Origin: a virus
Virus record (IMG/VR): IMGVR_UViG_3300044981_000350
Span: 1 to 64,000 of that record
Direction: 5' to 3' (one strand)
Length of the DNA stretch: 64,000 nt
Made by a program: the position numbers and the translations under genes. The notes beneath the pieces are model-generated. The model searched no databases and was not told the origin of the DNA. It saw only the letters and a program-made list of their open reading frames with translations. How positions within the stretch are numbered: position 1 is the first letter of the stretch; each line of letters opens with the position of its first letter. This document shows positions 37,859 through 46,140 of the stretch, piece after piece.

Positions 37859-39361
37859 GTGGGCGATTACCTCGACAAGCTTGGCGCAAATCGGGCCGAC
37901 GGACTAGAGCACGCCGCAACCGCCAAGTCGCACCGTAAGCTGCGCCGCAAGGGTACCTCCTTGACGACCACCCCGAAGCGCGCGAAACTCAGAGTCAAGC
38001 GAGTCGCTACGAAACCACCCGGGAAGGAAACGAGGGGCACCACCAAAAAGACTCCGTCGGAGAAAGCGAAGATGGCCAAGAAGAGCAAGCGCTCGAAGAA
38101 GCGTCGTTCGGCAGCGCAGCAAGCCGCGACGCGGAAGATGCTTCGCGCCGCCAAGGCAAAGCGAGCCGGGAAAAGCCGCCGCGGCTCTTCGAAGCGAAAG
38201 GCCCGTAAGAGCGGCAAGCGCAAGAGCGCGAAGCGAGTCGCCGCGGGCAAAAAGGCCGCGCGGACCCGCAAGCGCCGCGCGTCCGTTGGAGCCTCCGAGC
38301 CGACGCGCAGCAAGCGGAAGAGCGGCAAACGTAGGGCCCGAAAGGTTCGTGCGGCTCACTCGATCAAGCTTCCCCGCGGCAAGCGCGGTGCAAAAAAGCG
38401 CGTCGGCGTCCACGTAAAAGTGGGCAAGAAACGCCGCTCGCGTGGATTCTCAGTTCCGCGGAAGACGAAGCGCGTCTACGTGATCGCAGCCGAGAAGAGC
38501 CGCCGACGTCGGAAGCGCAAGGCAAAGGCCAACCCGGCCAAGCGCCGCCGTCACTCGAGCGGTCGACGCAAGGGCGCGATGGAAAACCCGATGGACGGGG
38601 TGGAGCTCTTCATCGGAGCCATCACCGGCCTCGCGGGCTTCCTGACCGCCGACGTGCTCGACCGTTTCCTCGCGACTCACCCCCTAACGGTCTCTACGGC
38701 CGCCTCCGGGTCGACCGCAGCGACGTATACCGATACGCCCCCGACGTCGGGCGACTACCAAGGCCTCTTCAATGCGACCGCGATCTGCGCCCCGATGGAC
38801 GCAACGCGGTGGCTCGCCGGCCTCGGTGTCGCAACCGTTCCGCTCGTCATCGCGCACTTCATCTCGGCCCCCAAGGGCCGAGCGGCGCTCCAGTTCTTCG
38901 GCTACGCGGCCGGGATCCGGGTCGTCGGCAAGGGCGTGATCGACATGATCGCGCAGCTCACGCAGCCGACGCAGCTCGGCCAGCAGCTGTACGACGGTGA
39001 GATGCGCGCCGCGGCCCTCAAGGCCGGCAACGGCACGATCGCCTCTGGCGTGAACCTCCCGAGCTCCGGCTTGGGTCGTGCCCGCCTCGGCACGGGCAAG
39101 CCCTGCGCCCCTTGCGCCACGAAGAAGATGGGCGCCGGTTACCCCAGCGCTCCCCGCGAAGTGACCGCGGTGACGAACAACAGCACCCCGACCACGCAGA
39201 ACCAGCCCACGTCGACCCCGACGAATACGGCCCCCACGGCCTCGGCCCCGGCGGCCACCCCGCCGGCGCCTCCCGCGGCCGCGAACACCCTCACGGGCGC
39301 GCGCTTCATCAACGGGCTTCCTCGACGAAACCCGAATTGGGGTTATCAAGGAGACGAGTAA
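37859..39361 (+). CDS. Protamine/histone-H1-like basic protein fused to a membrane domain (candidate core protein)
   Basis: About 240 aa dominated by K/R/S/A, then KANP...AMENP, hydrophobic helices and SSGLG; start uncertain. Confidence 0.75.
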   Translation: MGDYLDKLGANRADGLEHAATAKSHRKLRRKGTSLTTTPKRAKLRVKRVATKPPGKETRGTTKKTPSEKAKMAKKSKRSKKRRSAAQQAATRKMLRAAKAKRAGKSRRGSSKRKARKSGKRKSAKRVAAGKKAARTRKRRASVGASEPTRSKRKSGKRRARKVRAAHSIKLPRGKRGAKKRVGVHVKVGKKRRSRGFSVPRKTKRVYVIAAEKSRRRRKRKAKANPAKRRRHSSGRRKGAMENPMDGVELFIGAITGLAGFLTADVLDRFLATHPLTVSTAASGSTAATYTDTPPTSGDYQGLFNATAICAPMDATRWLAGLGVATVPLVIAHFISAPKGRAALQFFGYAAGIRVVGKGVIDMIAQLTQPTQLGQQLYDGEMRAAALKAGNGTIASGVNLPSSGLGRARLGTGKPCAPCATKKMGAGYPSAPREVTAVTNNSTPTTQNQPTSTPTNTAPTASAPAATPPAPPAAANTLTGARFINGLPRRNPNWGYQGDE

Positions 39362-39466
39362 CAGACGACGAGTGGCGGCGTTTTCCCGGGGAACGGAAAA
39401 CAGAGTGTCTTTGACCGTTGGGTGGCGCCTTTGGGGCACCCGACAACACCAGGTTGGAGACAGATC

Positions 39467-40798
39467 ATGGCCTATCAATCGCGAATCGTGAATCAGCCGA
39501 AGAGCAAGACGCTCGTTCGGCCCCGTCCCGCAGACCGCTACGTCGTGGGCGCCTCCGGCGTTCCCAATGAGGCGAAGATCAAGGCAGGCCTCGGCTCGGC
39601 CGGTCTCGGCTCGATCCTCGACATCATGAAGGCGTCTAGCGAGACGCCGGTGTGGAGCATGGACGTCATCGAGCAGGTCCGCTGGACGATGACCGGCCCG
39701 CAGACCGACGCGTCGGTTCAAGCGAACTTCGGCGCGGAGATCGACCTCTTCGGCTCCGGCAAGTCGCCGCAAGGCATTGACTTCGTCGAGACGACGATGG
39801 CGCAGACGGGCCAGACGCAGACGCACTTCGTCGCCTGCTACATCGGCTTCCACATGGAGCCGGAACCCCTCTGCTTTACGGCGCGCGGCAACGCGTCGAC
39901 GCACCCCACGAGCGCGGTGGCTCAGCCCCCGTCCCCGGACGTCTTCACGCAGAACGACCGCGCCAACGGCGCCCTCGGCACGGCCGTCGCGGCCGGCACC
40001 CAGACGTTCCTCCCGGCGGTCTACCGCCACGGCTGGTGGGCGAACTACGTTTGCTGGCACATGGCCCGCGCGTACAACCTCCGGTGGAAAATCGGCCAGC
40101 ACGTCAACATCATGGACGAGCAGTTGCGCCACACGGCGTACATGCCGCCCAGCGCGCAAGAGGGCTCGGCCTCCAACTCGCAGGTCGATGTGACCACGTT
40201 CGTCGCGAACCTCAACCAGCGCTACGACTCGCTCGGGTCCGCGCTCGACTTCATCCCGTCGAACTTCATCCGCATCGGTAGCGACGCGGTCGGCGGCGTG
40301 AACGTCGGTTTCTTCATGCCCTCGCGTGACTTCGAGATCGTCGATGCCACCTACGGCGGCATGGACCTCCGGAGCATGCTCAAGGGCAACAGCGAGATGC
40401 GGAAGCTCTGCGTCCCGTACGTCATCGCCCCGGGCGTGCCCATCGGCCTCTTCCTCCAGGAGTGCGACACAGTTCAGGGCGACACGATGCGCCAGTTCCT
40501 CTCCATCACGCAAGGCCTCGGCGGCGCAATCCCGCCCTCTCTGACGCCGGACGAGAACTACATCGCGGAGCCGACCGCCACGGGCACCAACGTCATGTTG
40601 GAGCGCACGCTGAGCGGCACGAACGTCGCGCAGCAAGTCGACGCCGAGCGCGTCGTCTTCCAGGGCGGCGATCTGAAGCTCACGCTTCCGATCCGCGGCT
40701 TCGAAGTGAGCGCCGACTGGTACAACCAGCTCTCTTCGTCCGCCGACATCCGCGCCGCGGTCTTCGACTGCGTCGGGATGCGCTTCGCGGCTCAGTGA
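39467..40798 (+). CDS. Candidate major capsid protein (fold unknown)
   Basis: GGAGA RBS; strongly C/G-ending codons; soluble 443 aa; central in the virion module; AGLGSAGLG leader. Confidence 0.55.
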   Translation: MAYQSRIVNQPKSKTLVRPRPADRYVVGASGVPNEAKIKAGLGSAGLGSILDIMKASSETPVWSMDVIEQVRWTMTGPQTDASVQANFGAEIDLFGSGKSPQGIDFVETTMAQTGQTQTHFVACYIGFHMEPEPLCFTARGNASTHPTSAVAQPPSPDVFTQNDRANGALGTAVAAGTQTFLPAVYRHGWWANYVCWHMARAYNLRWKIGQHVNIMDEQLRHTAYMPPSAQEGSASNSQVDVTTFVANLNQRYDSLGSALDFIPSNFIRIGSDAVGGVNVGFFMPSRDFEIVDATYGGMDLRSMLKGNSEMRKLCVPYVIAPGVPIGLFLQECDTVQGDTMRQFLSITQGLGGAIPPSLTPDENYIAEPTATGTNVMLERTLSGTNVAQQVDAERVVFQGGDLKLTLPIRGFEVSADWYNQLSSSADIRAAVFDCVGMRFAAQ

Positions 40799-40832
40799 CA
40801 ACGGGGGTAGCTCCCCATAAGGAGACCCTCCG

Positions 40833-41588
40833 ATGAGCAATATCGTCGCATTCAGCGAGGAGCAGTTCAAAGCGCTCATCGCTCAGATCCGAACCCCCCA
40901 TAGCAGCGGGTTGGGCGCGCCTCCGGGCAAGCCCTCTCGAGCCTTGGGGTTCGGATGCGGCGACAGCGACTTCGGCCCGCTCGCCACCGGCATCTACTCG
41001 ATGCTGGCGGCGGGCTCGCCGCGTCTCGCTCTCGCCAAGGCGCGCGGCGTTCCGCTCGCCCCCTACATCATCAACGTGCGGGCGATCTTCCCGGACACGT
41101 CCACCACGTTGGTCCCCGACGTCGGCAGCGACGTGAAAATTACGCAGGATACGCTCATCGACTCGCTCATCATCCGGATCCAAAACGAGTCGGACACGGC
41201 GAACCAGAACCAGTTTCAGTCGCTCTCTGACTTCTTCTACGGGTACCAGAGTGCGATCGAAGCGACCCTCGATGTGCAGGGCGCGCCTCGCTATACGGTC
41301 ACCGGCGATAAGTTCGTTCCCCTCAGCGTGCTGGGCGATCCGAACAACGGCGTCGGGCACTGGCCCGGCGGGTGGGTGCTCACGTATCAGCAACAGCTCT
41401 TCATGAGCTTCCAGGCGAAGGTGCTCCTTCCCTACGCGCCGATCGAAGTGATCTGCTCGTTCCGCGGTTGGGTGCCGGTCACCCAAGCTTTCGTCAGCAT
41501 GACGAACCGCGAGGCGATCACGCTCCTTCAATCGGAGTTCGGCATTCAACTGGACGATTCGTACATCAATCGAGTCGTTGCCCTCTGA
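40833..41588 (+). CDS. Candidate second capsid/penton protein
   Basis: TAAGGAG RBS; beta-rich; SSGLG at aa 24-28. Confidence 0.5.
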   Translation: MSNIVAFSEEQFKALIAQIRTPHSSGLGAPPGKPSRALGFGCGDSDFGPLATGIYSMLAAGSPRLALAKARGVPLAPYIINVRAIFPDTSTTLVPDVGSDVKITQDTLIDSLIIRIQNESDTANQNQFQSLSDFFYGYQSAIEATLDVQGAPRYTVTGDKFVPLSVLGDPNNGVGHWPGGWVLTYQQQLFMSFQAKVLLPYAPIEVICSFRGWVPVTQAFVSMTNREAITLLQSEFGIQLDDSYINRVVAL

Positions 41589-41600
41589 CCCTAAGCCCCG

Positions 41601-42410
41601 ATGGGTCGCATCGTCGAAATTGCTTCGAGTGGGCTCGATGAATACCTCCAAGGCGTCGGCGGCGACCCTTGGGGGGGTTCATCTGCGCTCGGCTTGCGCG
41701 TTCCCTTTCTTGCGACGCCCGACAAGAACAACCGCTACCTCTTTCTCCTCGCGAGCTTCACGATCGGCGAGGGCGCGTCGGTAGTTATCAAGGGCTACCG
41801 ACAATACGCATCCCTCGGGATCGCGCTCAGCGCAACGCGGTTCATCGAGCAAGAAATCACGAGCCCTGCGTTTCGACTCCCCGACGGGAACATCAGCTGG
41901 GCGATCCGAGGGTTGGGCCCGCCGAACGCCGGCGGCTACCCAAAGCAGGGCCCTACCCCCGACGATCTGCGTTCGTTCAAGAAGAACTGGGCCGACGGCA
42001 GCTGCCTTCTCTATAACGACTACACGATCGCGGCGGGCAACCAGATTTACACGCAGCTCGAGTCCTACGTGGCGCCGAACCTCGGTCGACCGTGGGGCAC
42101 CGCGCTCCCCGCCGGGCAGCAAGGCAACTTCACCGACCTACGCACGCCGTGGAAATCGAGCCGCGCGTGGGCGAGCCTCGATGTTCACGTCGATGGACCC
42201 ACCACCATCGCGTTTTTCGCCAGCGTGCGGCAAAGCGCCGGCACCTACGCGGCGGCCGCCCCATCGGCGAGCTTCTCCGGGATGAACACCCCCGAGGAAG
42301 CTTTCATGGCGAACTTCACGACGGGCGGCGATGCGCCCACGAAGCCAATCTACTGGCGCGTCGGGGGAAGTCTCATCGTGGAAGTGCAGAAAGGATTCAC
42401 GGGTCCATGA
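41601..42410 (+). CDS. Putative virion structural protein
   Basis: Soluble beta-rich ORF following the capsid candidates. Confidence 0.55.
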   Translation: MGRIVEIASSGLDEYLQGVGGDPWGGSSALGLRVPFLATPDKNNRYLFLLASFTIGEGASVVIKGYRQYASLGIALSATRFIEQEITSPAFRLPDGNISWAIRGLGPPNAGGYPKQGPTPDDLRSFKKNWADGSCLLYNDYTIAAGNQIYTQLESYVAPNLGRPWGTALPAGQQGNFTDLRTPWKSSRAWASLDVHVDGPTTIAFFASVRQSAGTYAAAAPSASFSGMNTPEEAFMANFTTGGDAPTKPIYWRVGGSLIVEVQKGFTGP

Positions 42411-42784
42411 AACGCCGCAAACGTCGTTCCTCAGAGACGATCGTCGTCTACCAGAAGAACCCGAAAATCTCCCCGTGGGTGTGGGTCCTCGGCGGGGCGG
42501 CTCTTCTCGGCGGCGGGTACCTCACCTACTGCTATTTCAAGACGCACTTCACGGTCGCGGCGAGCATGGCCTACGGGGTGCCGGCCGGCGCAGCGATTAC
42601 CCTCACTGCCCCCGCGGGCGCCACATGGACCGGGCTCACGGCCAGCGATGGGAGTCAAGTGCAAGTCGCGGTCGGGCAGACGACCCCCCTCACGTTTACC
42701 GCGAGCGCCACGACGGGCGTGACGTATACCGTCGCGTGGACCCTCAACAACGTGCCGGCGACGGCCACCATCACCACGCAGTAA
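42407..42784 (+). CDS. NP-leader membrane protein with small beta domain
   Basis: MKRRKRRSSETIVVYQKNP then TM; LTAPAGATWTGLT. Confidence 0.75.
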   Translation: MKRRKRRSSETIVVYQKNPKISPWVWVLGGAALLGGGYLTYCYFKTHFTVAASMAYGVPAGAAITLTAPAGATWTGLTASDGSQVQVAVGQTTPLTFTASATTGVTYTVAWTLNNVPATATITTQ

Positions 42785-42788
42785 ACCC

Positions 42789-43190
42789 ATGGCTCGTCGA
42801 AACCCAGACCTGTCCACCCTCTGGTGGGCCCTCAGCGCCGCATCCCTCGCAGGCACCGTCGGCTACTACGTCGGCAAGGGCGTCAACCCGCTCAACCCGG
42901 CGTCGAACGTCACAACGAATATCGCCCTGACGAATGGCGGTTCCCTCACGGCGCCGGCCGGCGGTACCTGGATCCTGACCCTCCCGAGCGGCGCGACGTG
43001 GACGAACCTGACGGACACGAACAACGACATCACCTCGCCGCCCACGGGTACCGGCCCCGCTACGATTACCACCCCGGTTTCGGGTGTGACCTACACTGCA
43101 ACGTGGAGCACGACCCCCACGACAGTGACCACCGGTCGAAACAATCGAAACAACCAGAATACGCAGACCGCCACGATCACGGCGCAATAA
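42789..43190 (+). CDS. NP-leader membrane protein, paralogue of its neighbours
   Basis: MARRNP then TM; LTLPSGATWTNLT. Confidence 0.75.
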   Translation: MARRNPDLSTLWWALSAASLAGTVGYYVGKGVNPLNPASNVTTNIALTNGGSLTAPAGGTWILTLPSGATWTNLTDTNNDITSPPTGTGPATITTPVSGVTYTATWSTTPTTVTTGRNNRNNQNTQTATITAQ

Positions 43191-43199
43191 GGGAATCCC

Positions 43200-43592
43200 A
43201 TGGCTCGACGAAAATCCCTTGCCCGCCGATCCCGATCGAGGGAAAACCCCGGCATCCCCCTCTGGATCTGGCTCGCCGGCGGGGCCCTCGCGGCGGGCGG
43301 CGTCGGCTACCTCATCTACACGAACACCGTGAACAGCCCGGCGCCGGCCCCGGGAGCTACGGCGGCCCCCGGGACGTCGAACATCACATTGGGTACGACC
43401 CCCGTCACCGTCCCCGGAGGCTTCGTTACCGTGAGTCTACCCGTCAACGCCACGTGGGTTTCCCTCACCGGCGGCGGGGCCACGGCGGGATCTTCTGACC
43501 AGGTGACTATCAACCTCCCCAGCGGAAGCACCGCGACGGCCGTTTGGAACAACGGAACGGCCCAACAGACCACCACCATTACCGCTTCGTAG
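43200..43592 (+). CDS. NP-leader membrane protein, paralogue of its neighbours
   Basis: MARRKSLARRSRSRENP then TM; VSLPVNATWVSLT. Confidence 0.75.
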   Translation: MARRKSLARRSRSRENPGIPLWIWLAGGALAAGGVGYLIYTNTVNSPAPAPGATAAPGTSNITLGTTPVTVPGGFVTVSLPVNATWVSLTGGGATAGSSDQVTINLPSGSTATAVWNNGTAQQTTTITAS

Positions 43593-43629
43593 CCCCGCGT
43601 AGTATCATAGTCCTAGGAGATCAACCCCC

Positions 43630-43842
43630 ATGCGCCGTCGTGCTCGTCGAAACCCCACCCTTCCCACCTGGGCCCTCGTCCTCGGGGGAGCCGCCGTCGT
43701 CGGCGCCGTGGGTTACGCCATCTACACCAAGCAGCAAGCCACGACGCAGATCGCTGGCGCTGCCAACGCACTCGCCCCCGCGTCCACCACGACCACGTCG
43801 TCTACGACCACGACGACGCCGGCCGCCACTTCGTCGTCGTAA
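43630..43842 (+). CDS. NP-leader membrane protein with Thr-rich tail
   Basis: AGGAGA RBS; MRRRARRNP then TM. Confidence 0.75.
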   Translation: MRRRARRNPTLPTWALVLGGAAVVGAVGYAIYTKQQATTQIAGAANALAPASTTTTSSTTTTTPAATSSS

Positions 43843-43851
43843 ACCCCGCCG

Positions 43852-44394
43852 ATGGGAATGTGGGATCAGGCGAGCGATTGCGAGACCTGCGGCGGCGGCC
43901 TCCGCGCCTGGGGCCATCTCGCGCCGCCCAATCCTACTGTTTCCCTAGATGAGGTGAGTCCGATGGATGTTGGAAATCGATGGGGCATTTTGACGGGTGC
44001 CGGGGCCGCACCGGATCGGCTCCGGCGCGTGCCGCGGGTCTTCGCGGGGCTCGGTGACGACAGCTCCGACGATAACCCGCCCGTCGACACCGACACTACG
44101 AGCGGGAGCATCGACAGCAGCGACAACTCCGACGCTGCGGTCAACCCGACGATTTCACCGGTCACCGCCAACCCCGGCGAGACCATCTCCGCCAGCCCGA
44201 CGCCGACTGCGGTTTCAAACGCGAATGGCGGCGGCTCGACATCAAGCGGCGGTGGCGGTTCCCCGAGTGTCTCCTCAAGTACCCCCGCGAGCACGAACTA
44301 CACCCCGTGGATCATCGGGGGCGCGGTCGTCGGCGGGGCCGGCCTCCTCGGGTTCGCGCTCTGGCGGCGGCACCACAAGCTGCATCGGCGATGA
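43852..44394 (+). CDS. GLG-leader protein, S/T/D-rich, C-terminal TM and basic tail
   Basis: FAGLGDD; [29 protein letters not shown]. Confidence 0.7.
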   Translation: MGMWDQASDCETCGGGLRAWGHLAPPNPTVSLDEVSPMDVGNRWGILTGAGAAPDRLRRVPRVFAGLGDDSSDDNPPVDTDTTSGSIDSSDNSDAAVNPTISPVTANPGETISASPTPTAVSNANGGGSTSSGGGGSPSVSSSTPASTNYTPWIIGGAVVGGAGLLGFALWRRHHKLHRR

Positions 44395-44819
44395 AGCTCC
44401 TCGGCGCCGGTAATCGTGGCGCCGGGCTTGGGGATGCCTCGATCCTTCCGGCGGATCCACTCACCCAAGCGACTGCGGATCTTGTGGCGTGGCTCGTGGC
44501 GAGTCCGTGCACGCAAAACGCCGTCACGCAGGTAAGCGATTTCCAAACGGCGTGGAACACTTCGACGCTCGGCGGAACGCTCACCGTCGACGGTAAATAC
44601 GGGCCCCAAACACGCGGCGCGCTCCAAGCGGCGATGAACGCGGCGGGGACGGGGAGCGCCCCCGCAGATTGCTTCACGTCCGCGAGTGCGGTGTGCCCTC
44701 AGGCTGCGGCCGCTGCGTCATTCGCACCCTGGATCATCGGCACCGCCGTGGTCGCTGGCGCTGGTGTTATTGCGTACACTTATTGGCAGCTCCACCACGC
44801 TCGCGGCGGCCGCCGCTGA
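44391..44819 (+). CDS. GLG-leader peptidoglycan-binding-domain protein with C-terminal TM
   Basis: GAGLGD; VSDFQTAWN...[15 protein letters not shown] (PG_binding_1 pattern); [13 protein letters not shown]. Confidence 0.75.
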   Translation: MKLLGAGNRGAGLGDASILPADPLTQATADLVAWLVASPCTQNAVTQVSDFQTAWNTSTLGGTLTVDGKYGPQTRGALQAAMNAAGTGSAPADCFTSASAVCPQAAAAASFAPWIIGTAVVAGAGVIAYTYWQLHHARGGRR

Positions 44820-44829
44820 GGATCCCCCG

Positions 44830-45507
44830 ATGCCCATTCCCTACACCCAACCGGGTTACTCGTACAGCCCCGTCGCAGCCGTTTCGCTCGGCCAAGTGGG
44901 GGCTACGGGATCGCACGGGGCGAGCGGGCCGACAGGCCCCGCGGGGGCCACTGGAGCCACCGGACCGACGGGCACTACCGGCGGAGCGGGAGCGACGGGA
45001 GCTACCGGGAGCGGAGCTACGGGAGCCACTGGAGCCGCCGGCGCGACAGGCCCCGGTGGTGGAGCCACGGGAGCTACCGGCGCAGGTGGTGCGGCCGGCG
45101 CTACGGGCGCCACCGGAGCGGCCAATACCGGCCATCATGCCTACAGCCAAAACGCGTCGGCGGTGAGTGCCTCTACGACGCCGACGTTCACGAGCGGGTC
45201 CTACACCTCGACTTCGGGGACGATCCTCATCATCGCTACCATGACGGCTACGGGGCTTGGCGCGACGTTGGCGGCAAACGACGCCGTTGTCTTCAACCTC
45301 CTCCAAGACGGATCGATCATCGGAACTTCCCCGAGCATGAGCGTTGGCGCTGCGGGCCCCGGCCCGGTCGACGCGTCGGGCGCCCTCTCGATGATCCTCG
45401 CCGCCTCCGGAGCCCACACCTACGCGATCCAAGCGACGGTTTTGACCGGGAGCCACACCGCCACCGTTCAAATCGGCCAGGCCGCCATTTCCATCACCGA
45501 CCTCTGA
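44830..45507 (+). CDS. Short collagen-like fibre protein
   Basis: MPIPYTQPG leader, GXT run, beta-rich C-terminal domain. Confidence 0.75.
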   Translation: MPIPYTQPGYSYSPVAAVSLGQVGATGSHGASGPTGPAGATGATGPTGTTGGAGATGATGSGATGATGAAGATGPGGGATGATGAGGAAGATGATGAANTGHHAYSQNASAVSASTTPTFTSGSYTSTSGTILIIATMTATGLGATLAANDAVVFNLLQDGSIIGTSPSMSVGAAGPGPVDASGALSMILAASGAHTYAIQATVLTGSHTATVQIGQAAISITDL

Positions 45508-45531
45508 TTTTTTCCCTCCGAGAGAACCGCC

Positions 45532-46137
45532 ATGCCCATTCCCTACACTCAGCCCGGTATTGATTACAGCGTCGCCGCGGTGGTCGCCGTAGGCGGCGGT
45601 GGAATGACCCGCGGTGCCACGGGCGCCACGGGGCCTTCCGGCACCATCGGGGCCACGGGCGCCACCGGAGCCGGAATCATCGGTGCGACAGGCGCCACCG
45701 GACCTACCGGCGTCGGCGCTACCGGCGCTACGGGAGCCAACGGCTCCGGCATCGTTTCGACCACCACCACCGCTTCGGATGTCGTTCTAACGACGAGCCC
45801 CGCGGCTATCGTCACGAGCTCCGCGGTGTCGGTCACGAGCGGCCAAAAGGTGTTGGTCCTATTCTCGGCCAACGTCGCCAACACCGGCGAGGTGGTCACG
45901 AGCGGGGAAACACTCGTGAGTTTCGCGGCGCAGTTCGATACCACGACCGTTGACTCTTTCCAACAGTTGTTGGTGAACGCCACCGACAACGGAAATGCGA
46001 CCGTGAGCTGGTCCTACGAGGTCACGGGCCTTTCGACGGGAAGCCACACGTTCCGGGCGCTCGGGTCGGTCGACGCCACTACGTGCACGCCCGAGGTCAT
46101 CGCGGCTCGCATCACCACTGTTCTTCTTCCGGGCTAA
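45532..46137 (+). CDS. Short collagen-like fibre protein
   Basis: Same MPIPYTQPG leader, GXT run, beta-rich C-terminal domain. Confidence 0.75.
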   Translation: MPIPYTQPGIDYSVAAVVAVGGGGMTRGATGATGPSGTIGATGATGAGIIGATGATGPTGVGATGATGANGSGIVSTTTTASDVVLTTSPAAIVTSSAVSVTSGQKVLVLFSANVANTGEVVTSGETLVSFAAQFDTTTVDSFQQLLVNATDNGNATVSWSYEVTGLSTGSHTFRALGSVDATTCTPEVIAARITTVLLPG

Positions 46138-46140
46138 CCT

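Noticed and set aside
38684-40879. 731-aa minus-strand ORF (also 18887-20659 and 35087-36607)
   Set aside because: Shadow ORFs caused by high GC3 on the sense strand; no recognisable motifs.
27519-43592. A/S-x-E cleavage motif of phiKZ/T4 prohead-protease type (ARE, AME, SRE before NP)
   Set aside because: Several leaders have ANP, RNP or KNP without Glu, and I see no such serine protease.
33636-43842. Twin-arginine (Tat) or prepilin signal explanation for the Arg-rich leaders
   Set aside because: No S/T-RR-x-FLK, no G|F...E5, and the helices end in Tyr plus polar or basic residues like anchors; NP is the conserved element.
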